From: Octopus vulgaris
Taxonomy: Eukaryota
Reading direction: 5' to 3'
Assembly: GCA_951406725.2 (NCBI GenBank)
Contig: OX597821.1
Span: forward strand, 96,162,001 to 96,226,000
Length of the DNA: 64,000 bases
A program made the position numbers and the translations under genes. Below, piece after piece: positions 25,421 to 39,174 of the stretch (position 1 is the first letter of the stretch; each line of letters begins with the position of its first letter). The notes below the pieces were generated by a model. The model worked only from the letters and a program-made list of their open reading frames with translations. It ran no database searches and was not told where the DNA came from.

Positions 25421-26731
25421 TAAAGGCTAGTGATTCGTTGTATCGAAGTACTGCATTAATTTCTTTTAGAAAAATGCCACATTTCAAAAGATATACTTTT
25501 AAAAATGATTGAGTTGGAAGTCGAGCGGCAACATGATAGGCTGCATCTGGTGAGACGGATAAGGTTGATTTTAGTTGAAATTTCTAGTTGCTACTTTTGT
25601 AAAAAATCCAAAAGAAAAAAAAAAATATAGGAATTCTGGATGGTTGCAGATATGCAGAGAAATTGTAGGATAAAGGCGTAGAACTTTAAAGCTGGAACAG
25701 ATTAATGCTCTATGTATCCAATGGAAAGGAGTGAAGCGAGTGTCGCAAAAGACCTTTGTCTCTTATTCTCTTAGCATCATAGAAACCGAAGATAAGTAAT
25801 AGCAGTTTGTTGGTCAATGAAGATACCATAAGTAAATTTGTGGCGTCGTAAATTCTAGATTCAAATCGGAAGCAGATAGGATTTCTGTTGTATTTCTGAA
25901 GCAGCTAGCAATTTTGTAATACAATCTCCTCTCTCCTAACTTGAGATATTCTACTAAATTGTTATGTGACTGGAAATCTATAAATAAAATGATACTTTTC
26001 CGGATTATCGTTAGAATGTATATTCACAATATTTACCATCAACGCTATTTTTTCATCGGTTTGTTATCCGATCGCCTGTTGGTATATTGCTCCTGGATAT
26101 GTATATAATTCTTGACTGAGAACCAACTGGGTACTAGGTGTCTTTATTTAGTTTTGTAAACTGAAGGTATGTTACTGTTATTTGCTTTTGTAACGGAAGT
26201 TCTGTTACTGTATTTATCAACAATCAAAACATCTGACGAGAATCTTAAACCAAACCATTCAAAATATGATTTAAATATACAAAATATATCGAAAATGAGT
26301 TTTATATTTTGACTAATTATATTCTTATCATTAAGAATAATAGATTTTAGACATTTAGGCACTTTATGAAATTCACAAGGTCTTTAGATCGAGCATTCGT
26401 TCATGAGACGATAGATATTTGTAGTATTAGAAACAAAGCAAGTATTTTCAGTGTAGCTTCGAGATATTGATCATGAAGACTACAGTTTCATTTCTGGACT
26501 GGTTTCAGATGATTCCTTTTTCTGTAATCATATACAAATAACTTATTTTTGTGTTTATACTATAATAAAATTTTTGATAACGTCTGCTACACAATGAATC
26601 CCCAAATTTTAAAGTTTATGCAGTAGTAACATTATAACCATCAACTCAGACGGCTATGAACTTCACCCAAGAAATTTAAGGTCCGGTACCGAAGTTAGAT
26701 GTAATTATACGTACGTACATACATACATACA

Positions 26732-26764
<33 letters not shown>

Positions 26765-26789
26765 TTATAAAAACATACCTATGTATAAT

Positions 26790-27110
26790 ACTGGTATGGA
26801 ATTTTGACACAAGGCCAGCAAGCTGGGGTGGGGAAGTTACATCTACCTAAGTGCTCGACTGGTACTTATTTGATCGATCCGCGAAAGGATGAAAAGCAAA
26901 GTCGACATTGTCGGAATTACGCACATATAATATTTATTTCTTTATTGCCCACAGGGGGCTAAGCATAGAGGGGACAAAGACAGACAAAGGGATTAAGTCG
27001 ATTACATCGACCCCAGTGCGTAACTGGTACTTATTTAATCGACCTCGAAAAGATGAAAGGCAAAGTCCACCTCGGCGGAATTTGAACTCAGAATGTAACG
27101 GCAGACGAAA
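26790..27110 (-). mobile_element. Two adjacent SINE family A copies
   Basis: Two reverse-complement cores CTGGTACTTATTT.ATCGA.. Confidence 0.8.
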
Positions 27111-27794
27111 CATATATATATATAATATTAAGTGTGAAAATAGACATGTCATGACTAGAATACTGTTTTTATAAGCAACTAAGAATCGACTGCTGACCAG
27201 AAAGCCGCAGAAACAACTGCAACAGCAGTAACGAGAAGAAGAACATGAACAACAACAATTCCAATATTATCATTTCCACTGACAACAACAACATCATTGC
27301 GAATGAAGACGATACAGCAACAGCAAGACAGATAACAATATCATTATCATCAATACAAAGAGTAGCAGTCAAATACCACTAAATTCCAACATTGGTAGCT
27401 TAAAAAAGGAATAGATATATTAGATAATGTAGTCCAACATAACATTACAAGGCCGTTCGATCACTAACACTATTGAGTATTCCTTAATGGTCAATTGGTC
27501 TGCTAGAACATAGAGTTAAGTGTTTCTTAGACCACACCTCCAGCATTTATCAAAAGGATACTTTGGATAATGTTTTGCTGGGTTTTCGGTACATAGGAAA
27601 AAAGACAGTGGGGTTCACGGCTGGAATAAATTTTGTTATAGGACTGCTCGATCAGAGATGATGCAGTTTACACAAGAACGACGAAGATGGCGACGACTAC
27701 GACGACGACCACGACCACCACCACCACCGCCGCCGCCGCCATCAACACTACCAGCTTTAAGAAAAAAGGCAAAAGTAGCAGCAGCAGCCACAGC

Positions 27795-27825
<31 letters not shown>

Positions 27826-27831
27826 GTAACT

Positions 27832-28215
27832 GAAGGCGCAATGACCCAATGGTTAAGGCAGTAGACTCGCGGTCGGAGGATCGCGGTTAAGATTCCCAGA
27901 CCGGGCGTTGTGTGTGTTTATTGAGCGAAAACACCTAAAGCTCCACGAGGCTCCAGCAGGGGATGGTGGCGACCCCTGTTGTACTCTTTCGTTTCAACTT
28001 TCTCTCGCTCATTCTTCCTGTTTCTTGTCCCCGACTTCCTACGCAACCGCTGAGCCTGGATGCGCATTTATCCATCCATCCGTCGATGCTCTCGGTGTCG
28101 GGGGTTGACCGGCTTTCGCTTCTGCGGGTCTTAAGAACAGCAAAGGACCACGTTTCGGACTTCTCCTGAGGCGCGATCTTGAGAGCTCTGGGACGAAGAC
28201 CGCTTCGCTCAACAG
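27832..28215 (+). mobile_element. SINE with family B head and an alternative 3' half
   Basis: GAAGGCGCAATGACCCAATGGTTAAGGCAG head matches 41430; diverges after TTCCTGTTTC; CAACAACAACAGTAA on both flanks (probable TSD). Confidence 0.85.
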
Positions 28216-28492
28216 CAACAGCAACAACAACAGTAAGAACAACCAAAAGAATAAACGAAAACAATGTTCGTTTCATTTGTATTAAGTGCAGAGAAACCCT
28301 TCCCTGAACCGTCTACTCAGCTCTATTTCAAAACATTTTCTATTACTACCTGTAATCGCCTTATATAAACGATTAGGCAGCTACAGTATAACCCCATATC
28401 AGATTTAATTGGCGAAGACCAATAACTTAAGCTAGGCTCTCAATAATAATAATAAAGAATATGAAAATGATGATGATGTTGACCATAGCAAT

Positions 28493-28680
<188 letters not shown>

Positions 28681-28974
28681 AGATACGTTGCAAAAGCAAA
28701 AAAGTCTGAAAGATTAGTAGTAAGTAAATCGGCAGAAGTATAATGGTAATACGCGACGTATATTGCAGATATAATATATGAGACTAATGCTGCTTAAATC
28801 CTTAAGACAACCCCACCCCCACCTAAACATACATAAAGGTATATATAGAGAGGCGCACACACGCACACTTAGATAGATAGATAGATAGATAGATATATAC
28901 ATACATACTCGTATATGTATGTATACATATATACATACGTACATACATACATACACGTATATGTATGTATACAT

Positions 28975-29031
<57 letters not shown>

Positions 29032-29122
29032 GAAATTCGGGGTGAGTACTTGATAATTATAAGCACCTGTGTATACCGTTTGGTGGTGTAGGTGGTGGAG
29101 TAAATTGATCAAAATAAAATAA

Positions 29123-29316
29123 AAACATGATGCGAAGGATTCAGCGGTACATATGTTTCGGGCCTTTATTAGACAGATTTATAACAATGCATAATGTATG
29201 TCTGTGGCCTTCTTCAGCCGCGCGGCTGAAGAAGGCCACAGACATACATTATGCATTGTTATAAATCTGTCTAGTAAAGGCCCGAAACATATGTACCGCT
29301 GAATCCTTCGCATCAT

Positions 29317-29320
<4 letters not shown>
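29123..29320. repeat. 198-bp near-perfect palindrome without spacer
   Basis: Centre at 29221/29222 (CAGCCGC|GCGGCTG); one mismatch seen. Confidence 0.95.
29222..29299 (+). ncRNA. Type I hammerhead ribozyme motif, mirrored on the minus strand at 29144-29221
   Basis: Stem I GCGG/CCGC; CTGAAGA 29226-29232; stem II GGCC/GGCC; GAAA 29284-29287; palindromic stem III ACATATGT; cleavage triplet GTA. Confidence 0.75.
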
Positions 29321-29361
<41 letters not shown>

Positions 29362-29369
29362 ATATATAT

Positions 29370-29927
29370 AGTTAATCCAAACATGAAAACACAAAGAGAA
29401 AACACAACGACGCGGGGATGTGGAACAAATATAGTATTATTGGACGCGTGGCTTAGTGAGGGCGCGTGGCTTAGTGGTTAGGGCATTCGGCTCATGATCG
29501 TAAAGTTGTGAGTTCGATTCCCGGCGACGCGTTGTGTCCTTGAGCAAGACACTTTATTTCACGTTGCTCCAGTCCACTCAGCTGGCAAAAATGAGTTGTA
29601 CTTGTATTTCAAAGGGTCAGCCTTGTCACTCTCTGTGTCACGCTGATTATCCCCGAGAACTACGTTAAGGGTACACGTGTCTGTGGAATGCTCAGCCATT
29701 TGCACGTTAATTTCACGAGCAAGCTGTTCCGTTGATCGTATCACTGGGACCCTCGTCGTCGTAACCGGCGGAGTCTTTAAGATTGGACGCTTAGGAAAGG
29801 AAAGAAAGAAAGAGGATTTAACGTCTCGAGCGGAGCTCTTCGTCAGAAACATAGGAAAAGGAAAGATCCAAGGAAGGGAAGACGAAGGAAAAAAAGTCGC
29901 CAACGATACACACGCGGTCACATTTTG
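29370..29927 (-). mobile_element. Second copy of the hammerhead-bearing element (motif at 29816-29850), interrupted by a SINE
   Basis: Colinear with 17701-17907; minus strand GTTT-CTGACGA-A-GAGC tcc GCTC-GAGACGTT-AAAT. Confidence 0.75.
29448..29781 (+). mobile_element. SINE with B-type tail and alternative head
   Basis: GGCGCGTGGCTTAGTGGTTAGGG..GTTCGATTCC; TSD ATTGGACGC at 29439-29447 and 29782-29790. Confidence 0.88.
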
Positions 29928-29949
29928 AATATATATATATATATATATC

Positions 29950-30420
29950 TTTTATCTTTTACTTGCTTTATTCATAGACTGCGGCCATGCTCAGGTACTG
30001 CCTCGAATTTTTAGTCGAGTGAATCGACCCCCACTGCTTTTATTTTTATTCTGCCAGTCTATTTTGCCGAAGCGCAGGTTTTGGATGTAAAGAGACCCAC
30101 ACCGATTGTGAAGCTGTAGTGTGGAACAAACACACACAACGACACAAACACACGCACATGTATACATAGACATAGACACACACGCACACACACACACGCA
30201 CACACACATACGCACAAATAAACACACACATATATATACGCATATGTGCATATATGACGGGCTTCTTTCAGTTTCCGTCTATCAAATTCACTCGCAAGGC
30301 TTTGGTGAAGCCGAAGCTTAAATAGAAGACACCTATCCAAGTGTTTACGCAATGGAACTGAACCTGGAACCATGTGGTTGGGAAGCAAGCTTCTTACCAT
30401 TCAACCATGCTTGCTCCCTA
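29950..30420 (-). mobile_element. SINE family C, diverged
   Basis: Colinear with 16100-16520. Confidence 0.8.
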
Positions 30421-30529
30421 TATATATATGTATGTGTGTGTGTTTGTGTGTGAATGTATGTCTGTGTGTGTATTGAAAAACCATCAAAATTCAGGGAGCC
30501 TAGTGCTAACCATGGCCGACAAAATTTCT

Positions 30530-30830
30530 ATTTATTGGTCGAGCGCATAATTACTAGAGTTCGTGTAACATGTTAAGGGAAGAAGAATTAAACATTTCGG
30601 ACTGAGTCTTTGTGAAACAAGAACAGGAATGTAAATCAATATTTGTGAAACCCATCGACAGATCAAGAATTCGTGATGTTTATGAACATGAATTCCGTTT
30701 TGGAACGAAAGCATCCCAGACAGCTCGAAACATCAATGAAGTGTTTGGTGAAGTTGTGGTGAAGGAGCGCACTGTACGTCGATGGTTTCAGAAGGTGCAT
30801 TCTGATGACTTTACTCTTGTGAATCAGACC
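30530..30830 (+). mobile_element. Mariner 5' fragment (HTH region)
   Basis: IRDVYEHEFRFGTKASQTARNINEVFGE....RTVRRWFQK. Confidence 0.8.
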
Positions 30831-30844
30831 TGCAATAGCTCTCA

Positions 30845-31290
30845 TGGCTCCTGATCTGGTATAAAAGATGGGCTACAGTAAATATTCTGCTCAATACCAT
30901 AGAATTGCTTGTCAGTTGTTTGACCATAACCAGATGAGCATGTCCCTTAGTGGCTGACGATATGTGCATCTCTGATCATCAGCAGAAGTAGTGGGGGTTT
31001 CTTTGGGGTTTGAACAATTCACCTCTGTAAACATGTGTGTTTCGTTCAACATCCTTAAAGAACTCTTATTCAAGGACCTTTTGAGCGGGGTGGGTTACTC
31101 GACCAGAAGAAAATTCTAACTGCAAAGTCATGTGCTGTTTGTCTTGATATGAGATCACCATGTCGCGCACATATGGTTGTGATGCATGTGCTTAGTGTAC
31201 CCTTATCAGACGGGTATTCATGATGGGTATACTAGGCTTCGTATATTTTACCCCAGTGTCACTTTGATGTCATGCGCTGCTCTCTCACTC

Positions 31291-31340
<50 letters not shown>
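30845..31340 (+). mobile_element. Probable retroposon 3' fragment with (AAT)n tail
   Basis: Abruptly truncates the mariner fragment and ends CTCTCACTC(AAT)n. Confidence 0.45.
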
Positions 31341-31539
31341 TAGTTTCGGATTAAGGCGAATTGTTGGCAATTTTGAGAGGAGGGGTTAGTCGCTACCATC
31401 GACCTGAGTTCTAGCTTGATATTTTATTGAGCAGACATTATCGAAGTAACGGTTGTTTGATCTTAAATCTTGCTTGTCCTTTCTTATAAGTTACAAGGAT
31501 AAATTAAAAATGTATCATCAGAAAGACAGATGTTGTTAT

Positions 31540-31803
31540 ACATCGTTGTTTGCAACGCGCTTCCTTACGTTGTTTAGTTATAGAATGATACCACCATGAT
31601 GGCTAGTCGAGCAGTCCGATATTTTCTCCTCAGCGGGGACCCATCCATTGCAGGGATACCTATTTACAGTTAAGTAGACTGAAGAAACGTGAAACGAAGT
31701 GTTTTACACAAGAAGAGCACAACGAACCGCTTGACTGGGAACCGAAACCACGATCTTACAATCCTGAGTGCAACACCTCTAACCATTAAGTCAAGAGCCT
31801 CCA
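31540..31803 (-). mobile_element. Diverged tRNA-head SINE
   Basis: Reverse-complement head GGAGGCTCTTGACTTAATGGTTAGAGG..GTTTCGGTTCC. Confidence 0.65.
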
Positions 31804-31820
31804 CATCACAAGTATAAATA

Positions 31821-31990
31821 TATGAAGGCGTAATGAAAAGTTCCTGACTTTGGACAAAAGAAAATACAGGAGGATCAGTTAATTATGATTTTATTCAACA
31901 TATTCCCCTCTCAGATTCACACACTTATTGCAGCGGTCCATCAGTTTATCTAAGCCCTTAAAACCGGGAACTTTTCAGCACTCCCTCGTA
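31821..31990. mobile_element. Tc1/mariner-type MITE
   Basis: TIRs ...TGAAAAGTTCC and GGAACTTTTCAG...CCTCGTA with TA ends; three copies in the window. Confidence 0.85.
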
Positions 31991-32557
31991 TATTATTATA
32001 TGAAATTTATATATTCTTAATATTAAAAACTGCTTTCTTGTATTTAGTTGATGTTTAACCACAGATTATCCCCATTTCAGTAGATCTACAATCAAAAGTG
32101 TTCTTGCCTTGACAATCTCGTATTTTTCCCCACGTATCCAATGTGCCTTTACTTAGTTAAGGTTATAGAGTTGATTTTATTTCTAGCGTGCTGAGTTACG
32201 GCATAAATTTCCCTTCTTTGCTGGCATTATATCTAGTCTCATTCGTCAATGTCTTGTGTTCAAAATACTCTGATATCAAATTTCGGGAATGATAAAATAA
32301 GCAGTCAAGATATAGGTCAACTCATTCGACTATACCTTTAATAGATAGTGTTTTTGATTGTGTGTCAAGGTCAGACATCATAATTTTTATTAGAGAGACA
32401 GGGCGTAGAGATTGCGAGTAATTTGCGATACTAATATATTTTCAGATACTAATATCCTGGAGTAATATCCTTTCAGAGTATGCCATAAGCACTTTGGACT
32501 GAAGACATGAACTCTAAGTGCTATTCTGCATTTAATCTATTAAATTTAAACAAGAAA

Positions 32558-32718
32558 GCGCAAGCGTGGGTGTATGGTAAGAAACTTTTTTCCCAACATC
32601 ATGGTTGAGGTTCAGTCCCACTGCGTGGCATCTTGGACAAGGGTCTTCTACTATAGCCTCGGGCTGACCAAGGCATTGTGAGTGGATTTGGTTGACGAAA
32701 ACTGAAAGAATCTCATCG

Positions 32719-32803
<85 letters not shown>

Positions 32804-32962
32804 GGCTGTCTCTCCCCCTCACCGCTTGAGAACCGTTGTTGTTTTGTTCTGGTCCCTGTAGCTTGGCGATTAGGCAAAATATACCAATCAAAATTGATAC
32901 CTTGCTTAAAAGAAAAAAAGGGTACAGGGGTCGATTGAATCGACAAAAATTCTTCAAGGCGG
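32558..32962 (+). mobile_element. SINE family C, diverged
   Basis: GGTTCAGTCCCACTGCGTGGCATCTTGG...internal (TG)n. Confidence 0.8.
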
Positions 32963-34314
32963 CTGGAGAAAGATTTGGCCGTTATTTCTAGTAGATCGAG
33001 CAATTATGTAATGTCTTTATTGTAGGTAAGATCCTGGTGAACTGTCAACGACACGGCGGATTAAATTCCGCCTTGTTTGTAGCTCGTTAGCTTCTTGTAC
33101 ATTGGTAATGTCACAGTTAAATAATTTTAGATTTAAAACCTCACTTCCTTATGTCAAAGGAAGCATTCTCAGAGACATAAAATTACTAATGCGCGGAATA
33201 TTTTCTATTGAACTAATATGACAAAATGGATTGTCCATTTTACAGACAATGACGTCATTTAGAGGTATCAGAAGACAGAAAGATTAATCGATCGATAATA
33301 GTAGATTTAAACGAGAAATAGCGACTAATCACATTTACTCGCGATTTGTAATGATATGGTTCAGATATGCTGTTTCATTCTTTTCACTACCTTTCCATCT
33401 ATGTGCTTGTAATTTCTCTTTTCCTCGCCATTTCTCTCCTCCGCCTTTCTCTCTCTCACCGTACTTTTCTACCTATATGTTAATCTCTCTGTGTCTCTGT
33501 TTCGCTCTTAGCCTCGTTTTCAAATCTCACAAATTCTGTACCACATTTTCATCTCCCGTTTCATACCTCTCTTTCATCGCTATTGTAACTCCCTCTCTGT
33601 CTCTCCTTTTCCCCTTTTTGGCTTTCAATTTCTTTCCCTCATTAAGTATCTTGTTTGTCTTTTTATTTCTCATCAGTAGACACACGTTCTAAAATATACA
33701 TAAACTCACACACATGTTTATATAGACATTCACTCATATACGAATGTGTTTGTAAATATGTTCGCATGAAATGTATTTATACAGACACATGCATTAATAT
33801 ACAAATATGCCCATACACACACACACACCACAGATGCACAAACACACAACCCCATCTGCTCATATATATCTCTATATTATGTATTGTCATATATATGCAC
33901 ATACATGTATACATAATGCTCGTTTACAAGAAGAAAAGCGAGCTATAAATCTTTGATCAAATTATGTGTGGGCTATCACACAAGCGCATACATGAACACA
34001 CACGTGATAACACATGCACACACAGAACTGAATCATTATTTGCGGTAGATTGCTGTATACGTTTTGTTACTCTTTTATCATGAGGTAATGCGGTCAGCAA
34101 TGACAGAATTATGGTTGAGTGCAGAGATACAGAGGATGAAAGAACGATGCGCGTGTGTGTGTGTGTGTGTGTGTGAGGGAAAGTATAGAGAGAGAAAGAG
34201 AGAATAAGACAGATGACTGTGTTACATGGTAGATAGCTTTTATTGCTGGATGATTGAGAGCGCAGTGTGTGTGTGTATGTGTGTATTTGTGTGTGTATTT
34301 GTGTGTGTGTTTCT

Positions 34315-34600
34315 GAGGGTGTGTAGTCTAGTAATCAGGGTGTTGCCCTTAAGATCACGAGATCGTGGTTTCGATTTCCGGATCATGTGGCGCGTTGTGT
34401 TCTTCAACAAAACACTTAATCTCACGTTGCTCTGCGATCACTTCGACATCTGTCGTGTGACACATGGTGCACCTGTGCTAGCAATATCGATTTCATGAAG
34501 GGAGTGAGCTAATACGCAGCACAAGCATTTGATCTCTATAAACAAACCATCTGTTAGGATTGTTCAGAATAAATTGCTGAGCGCTGATCTATCGTGTCTG
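34315..34600 (+). mobile_element. tRNA-head SINE with a distinct tail
   Basis: GGGTGTGTAGTCTAGTAATCAGGG..GGTTTCGATTTCC..GCGTTGTGTTCTT..CACGTTGCTC. Confidence 0.65.
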
Positions 34601-34704
34601 GTATGAGACTTCACGACATATATGTACATTAATTTATATATAAAAAAACAAAACAAGAGCCGTGGGTTTCGGTTCTTTTGGAAAGGGATACAGTAACTCT
34701 AGGT

Positions 34705-34938
34705 AAAAGGTTCCTTCTCGAGTCATCTTGATTCATAAGGGTCGGTTTCCTAGTTTCTATGTCGTATATATTCTCCATCTGGACGGGAAGCCGGTCCGTC
34801 GCAGGATTACTCATTTTTGCCAGCTAAGTGGACTGAAGTGTTCGGTCAAGAACACAACGCGTTGCCCGGTCCATGAATCGAAATCACAATATTACGATCA
34901 TGAGTCCAACACCCTAACCACTAAACCACACGCCGCCC
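34705..34938 (-). mobile_element. tRNA-head SINE with a distinct tail
   Basis: Reverse-complement head GGCGTGTGGTTTAGTGGTTAGGG..TTCGATTC. Confidence 0.7.
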
Positions 34939-35906
34939 TAATGACTCTAGGAGGTGTAAGCAACATAAATCATTGACTTTCTTCTGTCATACATCAGGAA
35001 TTCTCAAACAAGAATTTGGGCAGCAGGTCAGATTCATTTCACCCTCTTTATTTGGCGGCAAATGATGTGATGATTCTTTATAATTCAGAATTAACAGCAG
35101 TATTATCCCTTCTTAAATGCTTACACCTCACTTAACGCTGTCTATGAGGTGATTTTGGCCTCATAGACAACTCTTTACTTTCTGAGTTCAAATACCACAG
35201 AGGTTGACTTTGCCTTTCATCCTTTCAAGGTCAATAAAATAAACTAACAGTCCTAATGTAATCCACCCTGAAAAGATGAAAGACTAAGCCGACCTAGGCG
35301 GAAAAAAATTATTATTATCATTGTTATTGTTATTGTTTATGTTGTCGTCGTTGTTTTTGTCGATTTTACTGTTCTTAGATTAATAAAATGAACGGCAAGT
35401 GCAAAAAGCGACAACAAAATTACAAATATAGATTCACTTGCGCATGCACGAAACTTGTTAATAGCAGCATAACTCGGCTCCTGTTTGCATACATGATGAG
35501 GCTTTTCATCACACCCACACGCGCCACACACCCACCCACAGCTTCACACACAAATACACACATGCAAACACTGACAAACATACACACACACGCACTTATA
35601 GACAGACATATTCACATATGCATAGATATTCTCATACACGCATACACATCCATAAACACATCCTACATAGTTATACACACCACAGGCAGGTATACATTAC
35701 AATAATATACATTCACCGAGCAGATAGAGATCTTAGGAATAGTGGTAGGTTATAATTATAACACCAAATAATATAGCAGGATCGATTAAATTAATGACGA
35801 TGGGCTACATGCAGGAAATAATGTCAATTAGGGACATTCAGAAAGTATTTAAAAGTTTCGTGAAACGTAGCCGTGATGAATATACACCTCTCTCACATGC
35901 ACTCTG

Positions 35907-35949
<43 letters not shown>

Positions 35950-36121
35950 CCTATATATATATATATGTATTCGCATATACACGCCCAGTCGGTATGTCTA
36001 TCTAAGAATCTCTCTTTCTGCTTAACTCTGTTGCACAAGTAACATATACTATTTCTATTCATGTTTCTACTTCTCAACCTTCTCATCTCACCATATACTT
36101 GTTTATATATGTGCTTGCACA

Positions 36122-36174
<53 letters not shown>

Positions 36175-36183
36175 GTATGTATG

Positions 36184-36229
<46 letters not shown>

Positions 36230-36856
36230 TATAGATGTATATATACATACATGTCTATATCTATTTATATATACACATGCACACAAACATGTATTAATGT
36301 GTACACATGCAAATATGGCTGCATAGGAGTAAATATGTTACTATTGTACGTGTGTAGCCTTCTTTCCCACACTCGCTTGCTTTCTTTCTTTCCTTACACA
36401 CACATACATATATACATACATACATACATACATACATAGAATAATTAAATATATATTCATACGTACACACAAACATGCACATATATTCGTATGTATAGTA
36501 ATTACTTGTTGTAGTTCCAAATTATATTTCTATATTACATGGACGCTGTTTCTGCACTGAAGATATTTTTGCCAAAAATCATTTAAATTGATACCAAAAT
36601 ATTCTTACGTAACAATTTTCCTCTAATTAGCATTCTCTCAGACGCAATGATGATGTGGTTTTCATTCCGTTTGTACAGATTCTGTGATGGTGAATTTATC
36701 ATATCTATCCGAAAGGCATAACGTAATGCATTCAGGTATGATTGTGAAATTAAGAAGTTCCAATGAAACTATGTGGTAACGGATTCGATCTTATTTCGCA
36801 ACGTCTTGCTTAAGTCTTTGTTACAATAGCCTCTTGCAAAGCGTCTTCTTTATATA

Positions 36857-37180
36857 GGCGCAGAAGTGGCTGTGTGGTAAAAAGCTTGCTTCCCAACCAC
36901 ATGGTTACGAGTTCAGTCCTACTGCGTGGCATCTCGGGTTATTGACTCGGACTGACTAAAGCCTTGTGAGTGCATTTGATAGATGGAAATTGAAAGAATT
37001 CTGTCATATATATATATATATATATATATATACCCAGCCGGGTTTCGTCCGCCGATGTCAACTTTGTTTTTCATCCTTTCGGCGTTTATAAAGTAAGTGC
37101 CAGTGAAACACTGATGTCGATATATACGATTAGTCATTCCCCATCAAATTTCAGGCCTTGTGCCTATAGCAGAAAAGATC
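36857..37180 (+). mobile_element. SINE C 5' part followed by a SINE A 3' part
   Basis: GGCGCAGAAGTGGCTGTGTGG head; TTCATCCTTTCGG core after (TA)n. Confidence 0.7.
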
Positions 37181-37200
37181 ATAACAGAAATATATATATA

Positions 37201-37696
37201 TATAAACAATTTATAAGTAAGGACAAAAGAAAAAAAATTGTAATGCCAAAATATGCCGAAAATAGACATAACGTCAATAACCATGTAATTTATCACAAGC
37301 AGGTGTTTCAAAGAAAGCCGATAGAAATTTCTAAAAAAATTCCGTTATTACCACATCGGACCCAATTTCAGAGTTAGTTCATAAGAACCTTCTCTTCATC
37401 AGTGATAAATGCGGTAAAGAAATAAGTGAAATACTTACCTGCGAGTACTAAACCACGAGCACAATTGGGTCCGATATGGTAATAACAGAATTTTTTAGAA
37501 ATTTCTGTTGGCTTTCTTTTTAAACACGTGGTTGTGATAAATTACATGGTTATTGACGTAGTGTCGATTTTCGGCATATTTTGGCATTAGAAATTTTTTC
37601 TTTTGCCCTTACTTATAAATTGTTTATAAATTTAACCTCTAAAGGTATTTTTTGATATGCTGGCCATTGATAGAATTTTTTTCGAAAAATTCTATC

Positions 37697-37702
<6 letters not shown>
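37201..37702. mobile_element. (TA)n-flanked inverted-repeat element with a minus-strand hammerhead motif (37354-37407)
   Basis: Arms 37201-37367 and 37463-37628; minus strand TATCA-CTGATGA-AGAG...CTCT-GAAA-TTGG-GTC-CGATG. Confidence 0.8.
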
Positions 37703-37745
<43 letters not shown>

Positions 37746-37980
37746 GTATATATGTATATACACACATACACACACAAACATACACAGGATACAAGCTGCG
37801 AGACGCTACCAACTTATTGTCCAGTTACAGTCCAAGAAGTTCGGATTGGGATCTTTATTTTTATGTATTTGATGTCGCTGATATATTTCAGTAGTATATT
37901 CAATAACACTATGTGAGATAACACGGGGCCTGGAAAATTCCGCAAGCTAGAAGTATTTGGGCTTAGACATGTGTACGTGC

Positions 37981-38022
<42 letters not shown>

Positions 38023-38849
38023 ATGTGTATGCGCGTGTGAGCGTGTATGTATGGAAAAAGAGAGGAAGAGAAAGAGAGAGAGAAGAGATAACTGTCTGTC
38101 GAGAATGAAATAGAAAATATTAAAATCTATGTATGAGTGTTCTCATATTTGCAGTGCCAGCTATAATAGGTTTTATGGTATTTGGCTGGGGATTAACAGA
38201 ACAAACTTCAGAGAAATCTATTATAAGTACTATATGTCACAATAAGTCCGACGCTCAGTGACTGTTCATCTCTAGAAGAGAGAATGGTAGAAACTATTGA
38301 ACGTGTGGGAGCAATATAACAAGGCGGTCTTTAATTTTACCCACTGTCTTCCCTAACACACAGCAAAGCCTTCTACATGCCTTTATTGACAATGATAGAA
38401 TAAAGTAAGCAAATCCATTACACCCATAGCGATAAAATTCTCATAACAAATCGGTTTATTTCGAGCAATTAAAAAATCAACAAAAAACCGATATACTTAC
38501 GGTATATATATGTTAAAGGTCGCGAGCAGCCATAAATCTAAGCCTTAAATGGTTAATATTTTTTAATATTTTAGTGAACTGAATAGCCTATACATAAATA
38601 TAATTTTATCTCGTTGGCTTGGTTGAGCGAATCTGTCTGAATAGAGCAAGAAGTATCAACATTCATGATACAGGAACAGGCCATTGCCATGCGATACACT
38701 AAAAAGAACATCGCTACAATACAGATATTATATAAGTCTATAATATAGAGGTAATATCGATAACATGTCGTGTGTTGAGAGTTTTCTGAGATGATATATA
38801 ATTCCGTATCATGATATATAATTCCGGCAGTAGACCCTGCAAAGTATAA

Positions 38850-39155
38850 AGACTACACCCCTCCGGTCATGAATAACCATGGGACTGCACCTAGAAAGTT
38901 TCCCTCCAAGGCACAAGTCCTGGCAAGGTTGTTTGTGGAGGACCAGCAGTCGCCTATGCATACCAGCCTCCCCTCTCCACGTCACCGATGTTGCCCAAGG
39001 GAAATGCAAAGGGCACTACAACTTGGCGCCAGTGACGTCGCCTCATTCTCACAGCTGAATGAACTGGAGCAACGTAAAATAAACACAACACACAGTCCGG
39101 TCCAGGAACTGAACCCACAACCTCATCATTGTGCGTCCGATGCTCTGACTACTTG
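38850..39155 (-). mobile_element. tRNA-head SINE with a distinct tail
   Basis: CAGCTGAATGAACTGGAGCAACGT central block is the reverse complement of the block in the 29448 SINE. Confidence 0.7.
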
Positions 39156-39174
39156 TACGTAAAATAATTTTTTT

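Noticed and set aside
25600-26000. RTE AP-endonuclease remnant
   Set aside because: Faint resemblance only, with no sustained reading frame
26228-26280. CTGACGA-GAAT...ATTC-AAAA hammerhead-like motif
   Set aside because: Stem II pairs, but GAAA is absent and no stem I or cleavage triplet can be built
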